A stretch of DNA of 63,499 nucleotides, filler included, from Platydemus manokwari (taxonomy: Eukaryota), in NCBI GenBank assembly GCA_037951405.1. It is 5 parts of 5 records of this genome, joined end to end, with 100 filler letters (N's around TTAATTAATTAA, not from the genome) between each part and the next. Parts side by side here need not be neighbours in the genome. Positions count along the whole stretch, not along the records: positions 29,639 to 52,338 come from JBBMOY011200320.1; 4 more parts are not named here. One strand, 5' to 3'. The notes below the pieces were generated by a model, which worked only from the letters and a program-made list of their open reading frames with translations, did not search any database and was not told the origin of the DNA. Positions within the stretch are counted from its first letter, which is position 1. Every line of letters begins with the position of its first letter. Shown here one piece after another: positions 37,601 through 52,438 of the stretch. Both the position numbers and the translations under genes were made by a program.

Positions 37601-40600
37601 TTAGTTCAAGAAACTATCCTTAGTGATAAAAATAATTATATTTCGATATCTGTTTTTAAGCACGATGTATATGAGATAGTGGTGAATAATAAAGGCCAAA
37701 TTTCGCATTGGTAAATTCGATTTGTCAACATTTCTATAATCCACATATTAAAACATTAAGCTACTTCTTAATCATTGTAAACAAGTAGTTACACAGTCGA
37801 ATTGATGCGACATTGGAAGTTATTATTTTGCCTTTGTATTTTACTAGAACTAATTGACATGTCAGTAACTCCAGGTTGTTCACTTATGAAATAGATGTTT
37901 GGGAAATTTGTTTGTGGTTATGCTATTTGATCTCTTTTCACGAACCCAAAAATATGTGAATCATTAAATGTTGTTTTGAGAAGATACTATGTTATAATGT
38001 GGCATTTTTGTAGTGATCTGAAGTCATTAATGAACAACGTAAATTAGTTGAGAATATTTTTTCAGTCTATCATATTTTTATCTTAGTGATAACTTTATGA
38101 GTGCTTTTAAGTTACATCTTGTGACGGATAAAGTTCCTAGGTTGTCTCAATTGGTATTTTATTAATGAGTTTTTATTTTTTGAATTCATGTCAGCCAATT
38201 CTTTATTTTAAATTCTAGCAGATAGTTTTTCAAATTTCTTGTTATCTTTCACAGCAATTTTCTAAAAGTTTTTGTATTTTTAGCTTGTCTGTGAAAATAT
38301 GATTAAATTTAGGCCAATATCAATTACTTACAATTTACTGCAGACTTGATAAATTTAACTCAAAGTAGTCACGGATGTTCATTTTATAATCTAAACATTT
38401 TAAGTTATTTAAAAATCTTTAAAGCTTTAATAAAAACCATTGAAGTATGTTGTTTAAAATTTGTATTTTTTAATTTCACAAAGGCTGCACATATTTTGAA
38501 AAAACTATTTTATGAGGATGTCACTCACAAGTGAAAAGAATACACAAAAATATTGATTCTTGATATTCGCTGATTCATAAAATCAAGCATGAGTTATAAA
38601 AAAATATAAATTTAGAATTCATCGTGAAAAAGATAATATTATTAATATCATTTCAAAAATAATGACAATGAAAAATGAAATGTTTTTATAAGAATAAAAA
38701 ATTCAAATTTCTTGACTTCAAGCATGATTTTAATAATTTGGTGAGACTTTAATTGCTTCAATCAGATTTCATAATGTCTTTCTCATTTCTGAAAATATAG
38801 TATTACAAAACCTCAAAAACATGGAGGCTAATTGAATGTTGTATAAAATTTTCTAGATATAATTCTTTTCAAGAATTTCAGATATTTTTATCGTTGGTTC
38901 AGAATGTTGAATAATCATTATGTTTATTTGTGTTTCGGCTTTTGATATATCATTTTTTAAATTCTATTATGTACTCTTGGCCAAATTATCAGGTATGCCT
39001 AAGAAAAAATCATTGTAACAATTACGGTGTTCCTCTCATTGAACCACTGATAATTGCACAAGGTAACCCAAGACCTATTATAACATGTTAACATTAAATA
39101 TATTGTAACCCTTGAATTTGTTTTTATTCATATTCTCGATAACTTATCAAAGGAGGTGGAGAACATGTTGTGTATGCATTTTTGTTCCATAACAGGATAT
39201 CCTTTAGAGAAATACTTGTGCTAACTATTTGACCAATTCAAACATTTCAATTGACAATATTTTCTAAAGGTGCAATCCGTGTTCTAATTTTACATTTATG
39301 GAAAAGACTATTTGCTTAAAGAGTTGCTTAAGTTTTCTCTTGATAATGAAATAAGATTAGGAAGGTGTTTCCGCTACGTAGTTTTAAGTAAATGGACTTT
39401 ATTATAATAATTATTATTGCTTACTTGGCATGTCAACTGTTGATTCAGGTGTTTTGTCTCATATTAGAATTAGAATCGATGGAATTGATGATAAAAAGAT
39501 GGAACAAAGAAAGGATAAGCAACTCCGATAAATGAGTAAGATAATTATTATCCACAATTTCAACAAAAGAAATATAGCAGGTGTCGAGAACAGAAACTTA
39601 TTGTTTGAAGCACAAATACACAATTTGTAAAAATATGATGACAAAGCAAATTCTCGATAGAAGCAGGTGTATCCGATGCCAATGATATGTCAGCAATCTT
39701 CTATACTACTTGAAATGATGATTTAATATCGTCAATAGTTAATGATTAATATAATCGATTAATATCTATCAACTCGGTGATATTTATATTAATAATAATA
39801 ATTAGGTAAATAAGAGAGAAAAACCCAACATGAGGCAAAAATATGTTGCTATTTCGGATGATCCATTTACATTCATTTTACAATATGTAAAAATATCGTT
39901 AATGGCGTTTAACTACCGAGTACCAGAAACCTTTAATAAAAGTACAAGGTGGTAGATATATGAAAATTTTAGCCATATTTATATAATACGATCAGTGCAG
40001 TAATTTTTGAAGACAATCCTGTCTGATATAACAGTGGAATAAATTACTCTATGAATTCATTTGATCTGTAAGGTTTCGACGGGCATTCGAATCTTTTTTG
40101 ATAATTGTTTATTCAATATTAATTTCGATCTGCGCATTTTACAATGGTCATTTTTTGGGGTTTATCGATTGGTGCTGAGATTAATATTTGGCTGGACTTT
40201 GTCCGGTAATCTTGCAAATATATATTCTACTTGATACGTCAACAATTATCGGGGTTCACTTTTCGCAAGTTTTCTTTACTCTGGATCAATTAGATGTAAT
40301 AATGTTGGTCGTCGAATGGCTAATTGATATGCCTCCTTTAAATTATATGCTTTGAACGAAAATACTCTAATCGGATTTCTCCTTAAATTTTCTCCAAGGA
40401 ATTTATATTGCTTTTTCTTATTCGAATCAGTTAGCTTATATGACCAAACTGTCTTTATTTTATGCTGCTTTGTTACGTGATGACAAAGTCATCGATTTTC
40501 TTTCTGAGACTGTCGTGTATTTGCCAATCAAATCCTCTAATTGACAGAGACAAAGACTTTCTGTTTTCTGAGAAGAAATGCCTTGTCTTGAGAAATTTGT

Positions 40601-43600
40601 TGCTTGCTTTTGTTTCGAGCAAAATCTAAATAAAACCGATGATTCATCAGAAGAAACAATTAAGAAAAACTTGTCCATATGCCAAGAGTTTCTAAGGAAA
40701 AAATTCGTTTTTTGTAATTTTTTTAATGGTTTACTTTATCATTTTTTATCTTTTAGCGAGGAACTCCAACGCGTTTTACATTCAATCATTCGTAATAAAA
40801 CAACAATAATGAGATTATTAATAATTCTTAGGTGGGTGATGAATGTCATTGCTGAATATCACTGAATTTAAGTGGATTGATGATTGATTTGAAACTGTAG
40901 TTGAAAAAGGGAGGTTTTATTTGGTGTCTTATTTGATACTGATTTCATGGTGTTCAAATTTTGGAAAATTTGATAAGTTTCTGGATATGTTAAGATTTAA
41001 TACGACTATAATTAAACTATAGATTCCGCTGAGGTTAAAAATGTAGATAAATTAATTCAAGAGATTATGTTGCACTACTTAAACTGTTCTTCAAAGATTG
41101 ACTACCTGATTCTTGAAGGTAATGCAGAAACCTTTTTATCAATAACTGATTATTATTTAAATATAAGCATTATTAAATATAATGTCTTTTTATATCATTG
41201 ATTATAATTTATTATTGTTATGTTCTTTTAGTTATGATTGTAATTGATCAATGTTACCTTTAGTTTTGACACTGATTTTAGGGGACTTCGGTAACGGATA
41301 TTGAGGACCACGCTATCGGTAATATTATTATTGAACGAGTTAATCTAAAGGCTCTTGAAGCTAATTTCTCTTTCACTTATTTTATAACGATTAAGTAAAT
41401 CCAATAATGAAAAGAGTGATGCTTGGTGAAATCTGAATTTATAATATATTAATAATTAAGCTCTCCTAAATTCATCTGAATCAGAAACTATTAGTCACTG
41501 ACAAGACAAACTAGGCTATAAAAATTTATTTACGAAATCAAAAATGATAAAACCAGTCGAAAATACATATAAATTCACAATATTCAGCGGTTCGCGAAGG
41601 AGAGTGGCTTATAGTCCAAAGCGAACGGAGTAGGGATTGATTCAAATGGTGTATTGCGCTAATTTTTGAATGGTGATTTACTAATTTTTGAGTATCTATT
41701 TATACTGCCTTGGTCTGCAGCCATATGATGATTTCATGCATTTCTTGATCTGGTCAACTGATGATTTTGTATGTTTTTTACAATAATCCAAATGCTAATT
41801 CGTGTATTTTTTAGCATGTTTCATTTAAATATATCTAAACTAATGATAATTTATGTTTTTGCTTATGATACATTCCACTAATGCCTTTACACATGTAAAT
41901 TTTTAATTTTATTTGTTTTATTTTATTATTATATTTTTTGTTTAATTTATTAATTATGATATATTCTTTTGCCGAAATTATCCTTCTTCTCCCCCTACAA
42001 CAAATAAAAATAAAATAATTAATTAATTCCATATACATTATTTCAACAAAATAATGATCAAATAATTCAAAAATAATATTGTCGATTATTATCAAATCAA
42101 TACCATCAATGCCTCATAAAATAATCAAATGATAATAAGTGTTGATCAAAATTGTTAATTATCATCACTGTCTTGATTTATTGTTAATCGTTTGATATTC
42201 ATCGTCAAATTCTCCAACCATGGTCAAGGAAGAAATTGTAGTGAATGTTATGCTATTGTACTCCATGGATTGGTGCCTTATTTTGGGTTGTTACACGGAT
42301 GATGGGTGATTTGATATTTACAAAGTGTTAGGTGGGTGATCCCAACAATGTAATAATTATAAACCAATGGTAATTAATTCTAATAATGATATATTGAAAT
42401 AAAACATCTGATTTTGAATACACTCCAATATAAAATTTAAATGCTAATTCAACAATGAACAGCAATTGGCAGATTGTGTTCCCTGCTGGGTGGTGCACTC
42501 CCTGGAATAAAAACTAGAGAAGATATGCGAGCTTTAGATTCTTAATTATTTTAAATGTTTAGTGAAAATGCGTGAAAACGGCTTTGTCTAATACTAAATA
42601 ATAATTAAATTGACCAGTTTGAACATTGAGTTACGAAAAAATATTAAAATAACGATTTTTGATAGTAAAATGTTTGGAAGATAGAATTTATCTGGTTTAT
42701 TGAGCAGTGATACTTGTAGACACAAAAATTATATTAATACCATAATTTGATTCTCGGATTGAATTAACAAGGGTCGAGATAATTCTATCTCATTATTAAT
42801 TTGATGAATTAATTAAAAGTTTCAGTGATTGGCTTAGATTCTATTTAAAATCATGTCACTCCAAAATTATGTAATCAAGAATATTAAAAATTTAAAATAT
42901 TAGAGCTATACGCAATTTAATTTATTGTCGCATAGTTATATTATGTTTTTTAGATTTTAACCTGGTAATTGATGATCGCGGATCGAGAAGACTAGACTAA
43001 AGAAAAGCACACGGTGAGCATATTCATGGCTGAGAAAACCGACTACGACTTACAAAATTTGGACTATAAAAACCAGAATTTCAGACTTTGATTTTCAAAA
43101 GAGAAATTTCTATGTTTTGTAATAAATCAATGAATAATTCGAAAGATACACAGTTGAAGAAATTGTTTTCAAAATTTGAAATTTATGATTATTCTTAAAT
43201 TAATTTAAAATGAACAATATTAGTATTGTCGATGGATTAATGACGATATATACATGGTACAAAATACACAATTTAATAAATTTCGATAACATTGTCTTAA
43301 GAAAAAGTTAAATGAACTAACTAATCTTTTAAAAGCTGTAGTCTATTGCATAAATCCATATTTCTTTGGAGATGAAGAACCGAACTTGAATGAAAGTTTC
43401 GATATGTTTCGAATGTTTATTACAGTAAAAGTTTCTATAAAAAAACTATAAATTACTCCATCAGAATTTTTAATAAAACTCGAACATTAACTATCAAATT
43501 ATAAAATTTAAGGACGAATCATAGATGGTTTTCTTTTTAAGTTTTCATTTTATTGAATTCATGATAAGAATCAATCTAAGGGTTAAAGTCTGGATGTACC

Positions 43601-46227
43601 GAATTTTCCAATGGATTCCACAGCCTTTATTTCAGCATTTTAATAAATTTTACAACTAACCAATTAAAATCTTATAGATATATTGATAAATCATTTGCTT
43701 AGATTCTCTATGATTTAATCATTTGACATTTTTAATCACATCCATATCTTTTAATGATCATCAAAGCATTGATCAAATGTCAAATTTTTACTGGTCTGTC
43801 TCCAATGTCATCAAATTCATGAATTGATGAAGATTTATTAACCGTGGTGTGATCACACTAAACTACTTAAAGGGTAAGTTCAAATAACTTTTAGAACGTA
43901 TTGATTAAGTCGAAGTCATTATTTTTCTTTTTATTTATAATTCGTTAGTTTAAAATAGTTATTGATTCTATTTTTGGATCTCAGTACATTTTATAAATCG
44001 AAAATTTAATTTTGAAAAAATGTTTGAAAAAAGTGCAAAAATATAATGAATACGTTAATTTAATTTTTTTTTAATTTAGCATCATTTAAATTTTAGTTAT
44101 TTAAGATTATTATTAGTTATATTATTATTAGTATTAATTTTATATTATAAATATTTATGATATTTATGTTCTTAAAGTATCGTAAAACTATATAACTGGC
44201 TGATGTTGATAATTTGCCATATTATTGTGGCATAAGATTTTCAATCCATGATAGATTTGAAACTTGGTAAACAGATAGATAAATCATATATCGCTATATA
44301 AGGATTAACTTGTAATTAAGGTACACAAAAATAACATTTAAAAAACTGAATTAATTAAAATTATATACTTCAATTTATTAGATGAATTAAAAATTTATAA
44401 TGACTACATAGATCCAACAACGATATAAAGTTTCTAACGATTTAAAGCTTATTTATAATGTTTATTTTAACTAGTTCATTTGGATAAATGAATATAGGTT
44501 TTTGGAATTGAATTAGATGGAAGATTATAGTCAGGCTTATCAAATCTTAATTTAGGTTAACATGAATGCATGTTAATTGTGGATCTGAGATTGATAAAAA
44601 CTATTTGTCCAAAAATATTCACAAATTAATTTTAAAAAATTGTGTTTTTATGACCAATACATATCGTAAATAATTCAACCATGAAATCATTTGTTAAAGA
44701 TATCAAAACAGAAAATAACAAAAACACTCCTGATTTAAAATAGGTAGCACATTACTGGTTATGCTAATTACCGCTGAATAACGAATTTATAATAAATATC
44801 AAATGAAACTAACCCTCATCACGATAACTCACAAATCCATTAAAAAATCCATAAAATAATGATATAGAGGTTGACAAATAATTTCGAATAAATAAATATC
44901 TTCTGAAAACAACTGCAATTTTCGAATGAATGAAAATAAACTGAAATGATTGATAATAGAAAATTGTTAACTGCGTTTGATCTAGATGGTGATAATTTAA
45001 GATTACCGGTAGATTCCGTTCATCTGCTTGGCTTTACAAATATTAGATTTGTATTTTTGAGATTTCTGAAGTCTTCTGTGTTCTTATTTAATCCTTTTAT
45101 GACCGAATATAATCTTCATATTTTCAGTAGATAATAGTTTAGTTTAATTTGATCACAATTGATAAATTAGTAATTATTTACTATTTATTTATTATTTTCT
45201 ATTTATTTTTATGTACTTTCCAGTATATTATTTAATATAATGTTACTTAATTATCATATATGTTTTTCTTAATGCTTTTGAAAACCTTAATCTGAGTTTT
45301 ATGATTTTCCGCTGATAGTAATAGATTTGTGATTTTGATATTAATAAGTTAATAATATGGACTGTAAATAAGTGCTTGTCATCTAAATATTCAGCAAACA
45401 ATTTATTAATTAGAACTCCCAGGATTTGTTCGATTACTGTTTTATAAATGGTTTGAAATTTTAGAAACTTTTATTATAAGGATTGCTAAATACGTCACCG
45501 TTACACAATTTCATTTTAATGAGCGAGATAACTGAAATGTAGAATGCAATTTTGCTGTTTCTAAAAATTATTCAAGTTTTAAAAAATCATTGTGCAGGGA
45601 ATAGCTTGTATTTGTGTTGTGTTCAAATTAAATGGTGAGTTTTCAGGGGAATTTTTCACGATGTTGACACAAAGAGGAATAATAATTGACTAGTCGGTGG
45701 GAACTATAAGATTAGTTGTTAGGTTTTAAATATCAGAATAAGTACATACAGTAATATTATTTCAAAAATAAACTATAATTTGATAATTAATTTAATTCAG
45801 TAAAATGAATAATTAAAAATTCTAAGTTTATAGATTGTTACACAAATAAAATTAATACTCAATACAACTAAAACTATTAAAATATATGGAAATAAATCTA
45901 TATCTTAAACAGGAAATAAATGTTACTAGAGAAATTTATTTGAACTGTTTAAAGTTTTAAATGTAAAAATAAATTTTCAATTATTATATGATATAAAATT
46001 AATTATATTTTTAAGCAATGTTCTGATTTTAGTATTTAAAATAAAATTTTTTTAAATTTGTAGTTAAATTTGACAAAAATACACTATTAAATTTACAAAA
46101 ACACAGATTTTAATATAAAAAAATAGTTGATAAAAATATTGAAAAATAAATTTAAAAATGATTTCATATTAACATAAATTTGTTTAAATAATCTGAAATC
46201 ATTAAAAAGTTAAATTTTAAATAAATA

Positions 46228-46714
46228 ATGGATCAGGTAAGATAAATTTTCATGTCATCAAGTATTATATACAAAATTTTTAAAATAGAACGAACGTGCA
46301 TTTCAAAAACAAGAAGTTAGAGGTAAGAAGGGTTCCAGAGATAGATACTTCAAAAGTGTTGGTTTGGGATACAAAACCCCAAGGGAAGCCATAAATGGCA
46401 ACTACATTGATAGAAAATGCCCATTTACTTCTGATGTCAAAATCAGAGGACGTATCCTTAGTGGCATTGTTATGAAATTGAAAATGAACAGAACTATTGT
46501 CATCAGACGGGATTATCTTCACTACGTTAGAAAATATAACAGATTCGAAAAAAGACACAAGAATTTGTCTGTCCATTGCTCACCAGCTTTCAGAGATATC
46601 GATGTTGGAGATACCGTCATCGTTGGTGAATGCAGACCATTGGCCAAAACCGTTAGCTTCAATGTTTTGAAAATTTCCAAAACATCTTCAAACAAATCAA
46701 AAAAGAAGTTTTAA
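46228..46714 (+). CDS. RPS11: 40S ribosomal protein S11 (uS17), complete, 144 aa
   Basis: Exon 1 46228-46236 (MDQ), 52-nt GT-AG intron, exon 2 46289-46714: NERAFQKQ...[23 protein letters not shown]...IRGRILSG...[25 protein letters not shown]...[22 protein letters not shown] at 46721-46726. Confidence 0.97.
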
Positions 46715-49700
46715 GTTTTGAATAAAATTAATTGGAATCAATATTTTTGAATTAGTATTTTAAGTGTTGATCTTATTTAAAACAGTTTCTCTTATATTAT
46801 AAGATAATTATTAAATAAAATAATTTTGTTAGTAAAACATTTTATTTGTTGGTGCCTGTTAATATAGTCATAAGTTATGTTGATGAAATATAAAAGCATC
46901 AAATCAAAAACTTGTTGATTAATGATGAGAAAGTTGGTATACATTTCTATTATATCGACAAAGCATTCTTTCGAGATATGGCTCTTCAGAGTCTTTTGTA
47001 TCACAAAAATTAATTACAATTTTGAATTATTTCACCAATTGGTTGTGTAACTCCAGATCTTGTAGGTAGTCGATATTATCATTTCCTCAATATTTATCAT
47101 TATTATGGACCGATGTTATGATAGTCGAGGATGGTTATCGATGCTAATAATGGCACAACCACATTACTAATAAGATTTCTAACGGTGCTTAACATTCTGA
47201 TGTCACTGAAAGGGCTCCACAGTTACATAAAATTACTCGTGAACTGGAGTAATGATAATTATTAATATCATAGAATTCAAGATCCAAAATAAATCTATAG
47301 AGAATCTCATGAAACTCGATTTTTCCAAAAACAATGTGAGTCATATTGACCTGCTTCCTTAACAGTGTGAGGGTTCAGTCAAATGGGTTGTAAGACATTT
47401 ACAAGTTAATATGTAGTGCATAAATACATTTTCTCTTTTAATTGTGCTTCTTTGGCTACAGGAAGTAGGGTGCTAAATGCACATTTGTTATCTTGATCTG
47501 CATAGACAACTGTAATTTTGTCATGGACTTTATTATTAAAATTCTAGTTTTTTGATTTTTATAAATTTAATATTTTAACGAACGATTAGGATTTAGAAGA
47601 ATTTACAGAAGTATTTCTCTATCGAATTATGCCTAAGTTATATTCATCCATTCGAATTTATTTATATACACAATATATTAAAGGAAGACAACTCCGCTAT
47701 CCATCATACTTAATTGAAATGACCTTTTGATTTTTATCAGAAATATTCATATTTTGTCTCTATATAAACTATTTTGTGTTCAGTTGAGTATCAATAACAC
47801 GAAGGGAAATGAATCAAAATTTTCCAGTGAATTCGAACTTAAAATTAGAGAATCAATATTATTAGATTCTTATTTTGTTGTATCAATTTAATAACTATAA
47901 TTTGGCTTTATTATTAAAGAATCTCAGTGTCATTAAATTGTAATAATTTTCAAAAATTTAGTAATATTTTGACATCATCAAACTACATCTACTTCATTAT
48001 CTCGAGTAGTATCATTTCAGCTTAGTTATCGTGTAGTTAGTAGATTTTTTTATAAAAACGTTATTAACTTTATGAAAGCCAATTATATTTTATCAATGCA
48101 CAAACATCGATATTAAAACAATTTAATTAGTGATCGAATCCTCCACTGTTCTCCTTGAATAAACACAAGCGACAGGACACAACGTTAAAAACAACTTAAC
48201 ATGTATAATAAGCCTATGGTTAAATTAATTAAAAAATAATTTCAATCGCAAAAATAAATAAAACAATTTTAAATTCAATTTTCTTTACATTAATTGTATG
48301 ATGAAGATAATAAATTTTATAAAATTGTCATTTGGGTAAAATATTTTCTACAATAGTTCCATGTTACCAGGTGATATATGATATAAGTGGAGTGAACTAA
48401 ATAAGTTCGAATACATTATTTAACTTAAAGTTGTATGAATAGTAACTAAGTTTACACTAAAAATATAATAAAAATAAACAAAACATGACCGAATAATAAT
48501 GATACTTTATTAAACTCAATGCCTCTAACTTTTTATTTTTTATGTATTATTGAATCACGAACTTAGATAAATTTAAAAATAACGCTTTAATAATATTTCC
48601 AAATAACAATTTCACTTTTATTTGCGAATACAATTAACACTAATATCACTTCATATAAATGTGCTTTATTTAAAATTTCGCAACTTATAACTAAATTATA
48701 ATTTCCTCAATTTTCATTTAATTATCGAGTCTTAATACCATTATTATTATATATTTTAAAATTTTTATGACAAAATCACAATCCAATCTTTAGGTTTCCA
48801 AAACCTAGCAAAGTTCCCAATTAGTTTTAATCAAATATTATTAATTATATTGTTGGGGATTTGAAAATATCGTTAATAAAGATCAATTCAATTATTATCA
48901 ATAATATCGCTCAATGCTCGAATCAATAGTAACAAATAGTAACGAATTTTAGAAAGAAATTAAAAGTATATAAGGAGATTAAAATCAACATAACTTTGCA
49001 CGACCCCATTTGAAACCACTAGCTGAGTCTATGTGAGTTGCGTAAATCATTCAATCTAGAAACCATTGCTCTTCGAGGTCAACAATGTTATATGCCAATA
49101 AGCCATATTGCAGTTAACGTAAATTCGATATCATGTAAAATACTGATCAGGACTATTGACGTATTGTTTAAAATTTTTTATCGAGCTTTGTCTCAAAAAC
49201 CCCCCTTAAAGGTAACTAACTGGATTTACTGCAAGAGCGTGCAGTTTTTCAACTGTCATCTTAGTCCAGAATTTGTTAGGATAATCGTTTGTGTAATTTT
49301 TATTCAGCGTACAGTGTAAAATCAATTTTTTATATATATTTTTATTTGGTGTCAATTGTAGTTGCAATAAAACTTAGTGTATACAATTGCGTTGTTGATC
49401 ATGAATAGTGAAAGTTTGAGAATACGAGTAAATAGTTTCGAGACTGATAAGTTTGATAAATAGTAATAGTTTGATAAATCACAGTTGCCGTATACACTGT
49501 CTTCATACAATATTAAACGCGAGGCGAAGAAAAATAACAATAAGATTTCAGAAACTGTGCATTGGGTTTGTAATAGAACCATGTGAGGTTGATAAGACGA
49601 CTGTGACCTATGCTCAAATATTGAAATAAGGTTGACCAATACTGATTGTTAATTAAAACAAAAAATCAACAAACCCGAAACACGTCAATATCTAAAGAAT

Positions 49701-50962
49701 TGTTAATTCACAAAACACCCTTTATTCAATGTGAATTATTATAACATTATTTTCAAATATTTAACAAATATATTTTACAGTAATACTTGTAAAGAAGCAA
49801 TGCGAAACAATTTTTTGTTATATTTTCATTGTTAATGTAATAAAAATATTAAGCAACATAAATTATCAATAAAACAACACAAAATAAGTTAACGAGATTC
49901 CGAAATAAAAATTGGAATCGATGGTTTTTGATATTATTTTAAAAAGGCATTCTTAAAAATATAATAAATACAATATCAAATAAAATTATTCAATAAAGGC
50001 AACCAAAATGTATACAAAATCAACAATCCCAATTTTGATTTCGAAATCTCTTATAATAATAATTTTTTGATAATAAATATCTACCTGTTGGATATTAAAA
50101 TTTTGTTTAAATCAATATTATTAACTTCATTTTTCAAAAAATTCCTTCAAATAAGTAAAATAAAATAACTTTATCATGTATTTAAAAGATTTACACATGG
50201 CTATCGATAAATAAATAAAAATACAACACATGTAATATTTTCAAATATAATAAATACGAAAATGGAAATCAAAACAGAATCAACCTTGAATCATAGATAA
50301 TCGTTGATAAAAATAAAAATATTGAATGAATCTATTTACAACAAAGAAGCATTTACAATTTAAACTGTGAAAATATATAATTCACATCATTTTCATTTAA
50401 CAAATCGCTTTCGCTTACAAGCCAACAAAGCTTCTGAAGTCTATTTTCAGCTGGAATAAAATAATATCATATTATACAAATTACCACCTGCAAATTATTT
50501 TGGCAAAAGGAAAAAGGTAGATTTTTAAAAATAATGTTTTCTCAAATGAATATCATATTTTTATTCGAATGAAAATATAAAATTAAATAGGTATAGAATA
50601 GCAAAACTAGTGTAGGAAAACTATTTGGTTTGAAATTAATCTGACGAATCAAAGCACGATACTTTATAATATTATTGTTTTTGTTATTTTACAAATAAAA
50701 ACTAAACTATGAAATCAATGGCATGTGTAAGCCGCCACTATTTTATAAAACACGCATCAAAAACGAACTGAAAAGATACGACACCAAATTATGTATTTAA
50801 ATACAATTGTATCAACAAATTAATATAATTTTATATAAGATTAAATAATTAAAAAATTAATTCAATTTAAAATTCTCTCAACATGAATAATTGATAATCA
50901 ACATTAAAATATTGAAAAATCAATATTTGGTCGGTAAAAGTTATAAAAATAACATATTAACA

Positions 50963-52338
50963 CAGTGTTTACCTATTATAAGTGGCCACTTATATTATTT
51001 TCCGACGAAAAAAGTAAGGCACGGCTTATATTTTTTACCGATTACTTAAAAAATAATATTTTTTTTATTATAATATTTCAAATGTTTAATCAAACACAGT
51101 TAAATCGTCCTCTGCGACATCTTAAAATTCAAGATTTTGAACACTGAATTAATTCCTGTAAATTAAGTTTATCTTTGATAAGTGGTTCTAATCTCTCATT
51201 TTTTTGCTATGAAGCTTTCTTCGAATAAAGCCGACTTGTCCAGATAAGCAGCCTTCAGTTATCATTAATTTTAGCCCAAGCATTACTTACCCACTTGACT
51301 ATTTCTTATAGATTCGGTTTTAAAAAGTCCCCTTTTTCATTTCTCATCATTCTCTTCTCAATATACTCATTGATTTCTAATCTAAGATTGTCTTTAAATG
51401 GCTTATTTATCACCAAATCAAAACTTTGAATATACCCTGTCATTTCAGCCGGTATCATTATTTGATCAACGCCTCACTTCAAGAAATTCTTCATGTCATT
51501 GGCACGATGAGTGCTGGCTGAATCCCAAATAAGTAAACATCTTGTATTGCTTCTCAAATCCATTGGCAACATTAGATCAATTCATTTTCTAATTGCTGCT
51601 TGGGAACTCCATGCCCTTTCTGTTTCCAGAATGTACACACCAAACAAATTTTATTTTTCGTTTCTTTAATAATAATAAGACACTGGCTTTGTTTCATCCA
51701 AACGAAATGCAAGAATACAGGTGACCCTCTGGCTTTCATAACCTGTTGAGGGAATATAGATTGATGATACCCTACGAATGGGTACTGTTGTCTGCGAATC
51801 TTGTCCCATAATACATCTGTCTCATCGATTGCAATTATACACGACAATAGATATTTCTGAAAATCAATATAATCAACAAATCTCTTATACATTATTGCTC
51901 TCGAAACATTTTCATCATCCTCTAATTTAAAAAGAGAGATTCCTTTTCGGAGTGATGATTCGTTACAAAATAAAAACCTATCAAGTCAGTGCGTTGAGAC
52001 TTTAAAATCCAATATTTCATTTTGAAAGCCAAATCTACTGCAAAGTTTTGAATGTCACATCTTCTAACGATTAATCCTCTTGCTCTCCGGTCAATGACCT
52101 AATCAGTTATGGTATTTTCTAATTCATTTATTGCTGGCATTCTTCCCGTCCCAACCTCTTTCTCCTTATTTTTCCCACCTACAACCGACTTGCATAGGTT
52201 TGTATAAGCAAATCTCCATCTTTAAACCATCTTCATGTTAAGGTTCTTTTCCTAGCAGAAAATGGTTAGATTCTTGTCTCTAGACTCTTCTATAATCGAC
52301 TTCTTATATTCTACGATGTAACATTTTCTGGATTCAGC
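50963..52338 (-). mobile_element. Decayed pogo-like (Tc1/mariner superfamily, DDE_1) DNA transposon, truncated by the contig end
   Basis: Minus-strand translation with stops and frameshifts: CENP-B HTH NELENTITD*VIDRRARGLIV...DFKVSTH*LDRF; catalytic motifs IIAIDET (~51825), CLLIWDSASTH (~51510-51540), IPAEMTGYIQSFDLVINKPFK (~51400-51460), WVSNAWAKI. TIR-like end near 50963. Confidence 0.88.
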
Positions 52339-52438
52339 NNNNNNNNNNNNNNNNNNNNNNNNNNNNNNNNNNNNNNNNNNNNTTAATTAATTAANNNNNN
52401 NNNNNNNNNNNNNNNNNNNNNNNNNNNNNNNNNNNNNN
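52339..52438. other. Artificial contig spacer
   Basis: N-run + TTAATTAATTAA + N-run, 100 bp. Confidence 0.97.

Noticed and set aside
46280-46576. Minus-strand ORF over RPS11
   Set aside because: Antisense shadow of RPS11.
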